From Candidatus Latescibacterota bacterium (GTDB taxonomy: Bacteria > Latescibacterota > UBA2968 > UBA8231): DNA of 64,000 nt. Every line of letters starts with the position of its first letter. Within the stretch, counting starts at the first letter, position 1. Both the position numbers and the translations under genes were made by a program. Below the pieces are notes generated by a model. That model did not search any database, was not told the DNA's origin, and worked only from the letters and a program-made list of their open reading frames with translations. The stretch is taken from positions 2,048,001-2,112,000 of the forward strand of contig CBDCXV010000011.1 of assembly GCA_965223905.1 (NCBI GenBank). The letters run 5' to 3'. Of this stretch, positions 60,408-64,000 are shown one piece after another.

Positions 60408-60716
60408 ATGACGGAGATACTGGAAAGCAGACTCGACGCTATAGCACAAGCCTGCAGACGGCATGGCGCAACCCGACTGGACGTTTTCGGATCGGCTTTG
60501 CGGGATGACTTCAAACCAGGTCAGAGCGACGTGGACCTACTGGTAGAACTTGGTCCGATGGAGCCGTATGCCCGGGTCGATGCCTACTTCGGACTGCTTG
60601 AAGATCTCAGGGACATTTTGGGAGGACATGTCGACCTGGTCGTTTCAGGAGCCCTGAAGAACCATTATATCGCCCGCGACATTGAGCGAACGAAGCAGTT
60701 GCTGTATGCCGCGTGA
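60408..60716 (+). CDS. Minimal nucleotidyltransferase (MNT) antitoxin
   Basis: RLDVFGSALRDDF…SDVDLLVE…VDLV; RBS GAGGTGG. Confidence 0.88.
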   Translation: MTEILESRLDAIAQACRRHGATRLDVFGSALRDDFKPGQSDVDLLVELGPMEPYARVDAYFGLLEDLRDILGGHVDLVVSGALKNHYIARDIERTKQLLYAA

Positions 60717-61107
60717 CGAGAGGGCGTACCTGTCTGACGTGATCGAAGCGTGCGACGCGATCTCCGACGCAGTCCGGGACCTTGATCTCCAAGGCTACGA
60801 AGGCAACCGGCTCGTCCGGTCCTCGGTAGAGCGTGAGTTCATAATCATCGGGGAAGCTCTAGGGTCCCTTGGTCGCATGTCAGAGGAGATCTTCGGCAGC
60901 ATCACCCGAGCTCGCCGAATCGTGGACTTCCGAAATCAGCTGACTCATCAGTATCCAACTGTTGACGACGCTATTGTCTGGGCAATCATCGAGCGGGATG
61001 TTCCGGTGCTCCACCGTGAATGTGTGGGTCACCTTCATCGTCTAAGTACTCCCGATTTGGATACTGGGAACGACAGCCCCGATGGCAACCGTGAAGCAGA
61101 TTGTTGA
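60706..61107 (+). CDS. HEPN (DUF86) ribonuclease toxin
   Basis: YLSDVIEAC…SVEREFIIIGEAL…FRNQLTHQY (RxxxxH)…IVWAII. Confidence 0.9.
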   Translation: MPRDERAYLSDVIEACDAISDAVRDLDLQGYEGNRLVRSSVEREFIIIGEALGSLGRMSEEIFGSITRARRIVDFRNQLTHQYPTVDDAIVWAIIERDVPVLHRECVGHLHRLSTPDLDTGNDSPDGNREADC

Positions 61108-61200
61108 AAGGTACAGGTGTACCTGCCACGCTCAAGGGAGGTTTTTTCCAGCCTTCCCTTATGGGGCTTTCCATTTCAACTGACGCTTGAGTTCTCCATC

Positions 61201-61878
61201 TCAGCCCCCCGGCCGCGGTTTCATCCCGGCCAGCAGCCTGCGGCGGTACTCCTCGCTGCCCAGCTCGTCCAGCCTGGCGCACTCCTCCTCCGACAGGAAG
61301 GAGGGGGTGCCGACCTGCAGTGCCCGCCACTGGATATCCGCCTGTTCCTCGATGGCGAGACTGCGGTAGAGCGCCTCCTTGATCGAGGCGCCCACGGTGA
61401 TGCTGCCGTGGTTGCGCAGCACCATGCCGACCACGCCCGGATCGGCGAACCCGTCGGTGACCGCCGCCGCCAGCTCCGGCGTGGTCACGGTTACGTAGTC
61501 GATATGCGGCACGTTGGCCCCGAGGTACACGTAGTAATCGGCGAACATCGGCCGCAGGTCGTGGCCGGCCGCGGTCAGGGCGATGGCGGTGCGCGGATGG
61601 GTGTGGATGACGGCCTCCAGCTCCGGGCGCGCGCGGTAGATCCCGAGGTGCATCAGCACCTCCGACGAAGGGCGTCTGCCGGGACTGACGATCTCCCCGC
61701 TGTCGATGTCGACGCAGGGATAGTCGGCCGCGGCCGCCTCGCCGAGGGAAAACCCGCTCGGCGAGATCCACATGCCGCCCCCCTCGCGGGCGCTGACGTT
61801 GCCGCCGGCCCCGGTGACGAGGCCGCTTTCGCTCAGGCCCCGCGCGGTTCTCACCAGCTCTTCGAGTATGGCGCTCAT
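61201..61878 (-). CDS. Class II aldolase/adducin family (FucA-like)
   Basis: GAGGNVSAR, RPSSEVLMHLGIY, VIHTHP, LRNHG. Confidence 0.9.
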   Translation of the reverse strand: MSAILEELVRTARGLSESGLVTGAGGNVSAREGGGMWISPSGFSLGEAAAADYPCVDIDSGEIVSPGRRPSSEVLMHLGIYRARPELEAVIHTHPRTAIALTAAGHDLRPMFADYYVYLGANVPHIDYVTVTTPELAAAVTDGFADPGVVGMVLRNHGSITVGASIKEALYRSLAIEEQADIQWRALQVGTPSFLSEEECARLDELGSEEYRRRLLAGMKPRPGG

Positions 61879-62248
61879 TTCCACGTTGCTCCGATGTAGG
61901 GTTGACGGCTTCCTCGCGCGCAACTCCGTCTGAACGAGTGCCTGCGCCCACTATTCCGCGTGATTCGGCCGCCGCTGCATCTTGAGGGGAAAAATCGCGG
62001 TTTCAATCCAAACCCCTTCATCTGTGCGATTTTTCCCCTCAATCCCGGCTCCCCGCGTTGCCTTCGCTCGCCGTACACCCCCGGTACGACTCGCTCGGGC
62101 GCTTTGCGAGCCGGGAGCTTCGGCACCTCCTTCGTACGCTTAACACGCACGGGCACCAGGTCGCTGGTTTCCTCGGACCTGCGCGCCCAAGCACCAGACC
62201 AGGTCGTTCCGGCAAAATGCCCGTTGCGGCAAAAGCCCGGATCGAATT

Positions 62249-63706
62249 TCAGCCGGCTTCCAGGTATCCCCGTTTTTCCAGCGCTTCCCTGAAGGCGGCG
62301 TAGCGCTCGTCCAGTGCGGCACCGCGGCCCCTGTCCGGGGCGAAGGTGCGCTCGGTCCGCACCATGGCCCGGGCTGCCGGCCACAGGCCCCCTAGCATTG
62401 CCGACGCCGCCAGGACCGCGCTGCCGAAGGCGGACTCCGGACAGACCGGCCGGTGAACGCTGCGGCCGGTGGCGTCGGCGCGCAGCTGCAGCCAGACATC
62501 GCTCCGCGCCGCGGCCCCGGTCGCGTACACGGAGCCGTCGCCGGCCCTGGCGGCGGCGTCGAGCACCTCGTACGCCAGTCGTTCCGTGAAGGCCACCCCC
62601 TGCAGATTGGCGGCGTACTGTTCCAGGGAGGAGGCCGGCTCGGGATCGCAGAACCCCTCGGCCCCGGCACAGGCGAACGGGAACCGCTCCCCGGTGCGCG
62701 CCAGGGGGTATGCGACGAGATGGCTCGGAAACAGGGACGCCGCCTCCCGGTCGAGCCCCGCCGGGTCCCGTCCGGGAAACTGCGCCCCGATCCACTCACC
62801 GCCGGTGTTGCTTGCGGCGCCGGGCAGCCAGTACCCGCCCGGCAGCTTGTGCGAGTACACCAGCCCGTCCGGGGAACCCGCGGGGCGGCAGGCGAGGCGC
62901 TTGAAGACCAGGGTCGTCCCCAGGGTGGTGTTGTCGTCCCCCGGCCGGTGCGCCCCCGAGGCTAGGAATCCCGCGGTGCCGTCGGTGGCCCCCGCGACGA
63001 CCTCGGCCGCTGCCGGCAGCCCGGTGGCGGAGGCGGCCGCGGGCGACAGCTCGCCGAGGCGGGCGCCCGGAGCCACCACCTCCGGCAGCCTCTCCCGCAT
63101 CCCGCCGCAGGCATCGACCCAGTCCGGCCAGCGCTCTTCGAAGAGATCGTACCCCGTCTTCAGGGCGTTGCTGTAGTCGCTGACTCCGCAGCGGCCGCAA
63201 AGGCGCGCGGCGATGTAGTCGGCCTGGTGACAGAACCAGCGCGTCGCCGCGACCGTCTCCGGTTCGTGCCGCAGCAGCCAGAGGATCCGGGCTGCGGCGA
63301 ACGACGATGCGAAGCGGTACCCGTGGCGGCGGCAGTGGTCGGGAGCGAGCGCGCACAGCTCCTCCGCCTCGGCGCCGGCGCGGGCGTCGTTGTACATCAG
63401 CGCGGAGCGCACGGCTTCGCCCGCCCCGTTCAGACAGACCAGAGTGCCCGAGGTCCCGTCGACCGCCAGGGCCGCGACTGCCTCCGCCCGCCTCCCGAGC
63501 TGGCCGGCGACCTCGGCCAGGCAGACCTGCGCCGCCTTCCACCAGGACTCCGGGTCCTGCTCGTGCCATCCTCGGGGCAGTCCTCCCCGAGGCGGCGGGA
63601 AAGGCTGCTTCGCTGCCGCGGCGATCTCCCCCGAGGCGGCTACCGCGAGGGCGCGCACGCCTCCGGTCCCGGCGTCGATACCTATCGCCAGCCTGTCATC
63701 CTGCAA
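62249..63706 (-). CDS. FGGY-family carbohydrate kinase
   Basis: IGIDAGTGGVRA, EQDPESWW, DGTSGT, LMYNDAR, GATDG, TTLGTTL. Confidence 0.92.
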   Translation of the reverse strand: MQDDRLAIGIDAGTGGVRALAVAASGEIAAAAKQPFPPPRGGLPRGWHEQDPESWWKAAQVCLAEVAGQLGRRAEAVAALAVDGTSGTLVCLNGAGEAVRSALMYNDARAGAEAEELCALAPDHCRRHGYRFASSFAAARILWLLRHEPETVAATRWFCHQADYIAARLCGRCGVSDYSNALKTGYDLFEERWPDWVDACGGMRERLPEVVAPGARLGELSPAAASATGLPAAAEVVAGATDGTAGFLASGAHRPGDDNTTLGTTLVFKRLACRPAGSPDGLVYSHKLPGGYWLPGAASNTGGEWIGAQFPGRDPAGLDREAASLFPSHLVAYPLARTGERFPFACAGAEGFCDPEPASSLEQYAANLQGVAFTERLAYEVLDAAARAGDGSVYATGAAARSDVWLQLRADATGRSVHRPVCPESAFGSAVLAASAMLGGLWPAARAMVRTERTFAPDRGRGAALDERYAAFREALEKRGYLEAG

Positions 63707-63864
63707 TCCGGTTGCTCCCCGTTCAGGTTTCCACCTATGCTACGCAACCGCCCGGCACCGTTCCAAGGACAGGGAAGCCTGGAAGCCGCTCCTGCAGGCG
63801 GTACATCCTGGACGCCGGGGCCGCCGCCCGGATGATCTGCAACGGAGTTCACAGAAAGGACGAC

Positions 63865-64000
63865 ATGGCAAAGACAGCGGTAATCTCCGGCGTTGGCTCC
63901 GGTCTGGGAGCGTCGCTGGCGGTCAAATTCGCCGACGAGGGGTACGACACCGCGCTGCTGGCGCGGTCGTCCGGTTTCATCAACAGCCTGGCGCAGCAGC
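63865..64000 (+). CDS. SDR-family oxidoreductase (partial)
   Basis: MAKTAVISGVGSGLGASLAVKFADEGYDTALLARS; RBS AAGGA. Confidence 0.82.
   Translation, partial: MAKTAVISGVGSGLGASLAVKFADEGYDTALLARSSGFINSLAQQ

Overview
High-GC bacterial genomic DNA with many accessory genes. There is no rRNA, tRNA or CRISPR array. FlgD-Ig/'TRKLTLLR' C-termini, paired DxDGDG motifs, a 'TAVE..SWGRIK' tail, WD40/Sel1/SET proteins and scattered AAA-PD-(D/E)XK and toxin-antitoxin genes suggest a Latescibacterota/Gemmatimonadota-like, possibly sponge-associated organism (inference only). The metabolic backbone carries an aldo/keto reductase, a VPS10/BNR hydrolase, hydantoinase A/B, an RraA-family protein, an MlrC peptidase, a eukaryote-like alkyl-DHAP synthase, a HAD hydrolase, a class II aldolase, an FGGY kinase and an SDR. 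Two accessory blocks stand out. (1) An AT-richer island (~5.7-17.45 kb) has a Sel1/2TM/unknown cassette, a DUF6036 pair and a minus-strand operon: brnT, then a SNF2 helicase whose N-terminus is a BrnA antitoxin peptide, then a sacsin-like GHKL ATPase/HNH-like gene. That last gene is split by a complete ISL3 (11013-12476, 8-bp TSD TTTTTTAT). (2) A ~19.6-kb tandem array (39.2-58.8 kb) encodes secreted metzincin-WD40-Ig-EF-hand-FlgD proteins in six slots, mostly separated by homologous ~75-bp spacers. The slots hold two full genes, one collapsed gene, one empty cassette, one internally deleted gene and one with a replaced N-terminus. Several single-base frameshifts could be real decay or long-read errors.
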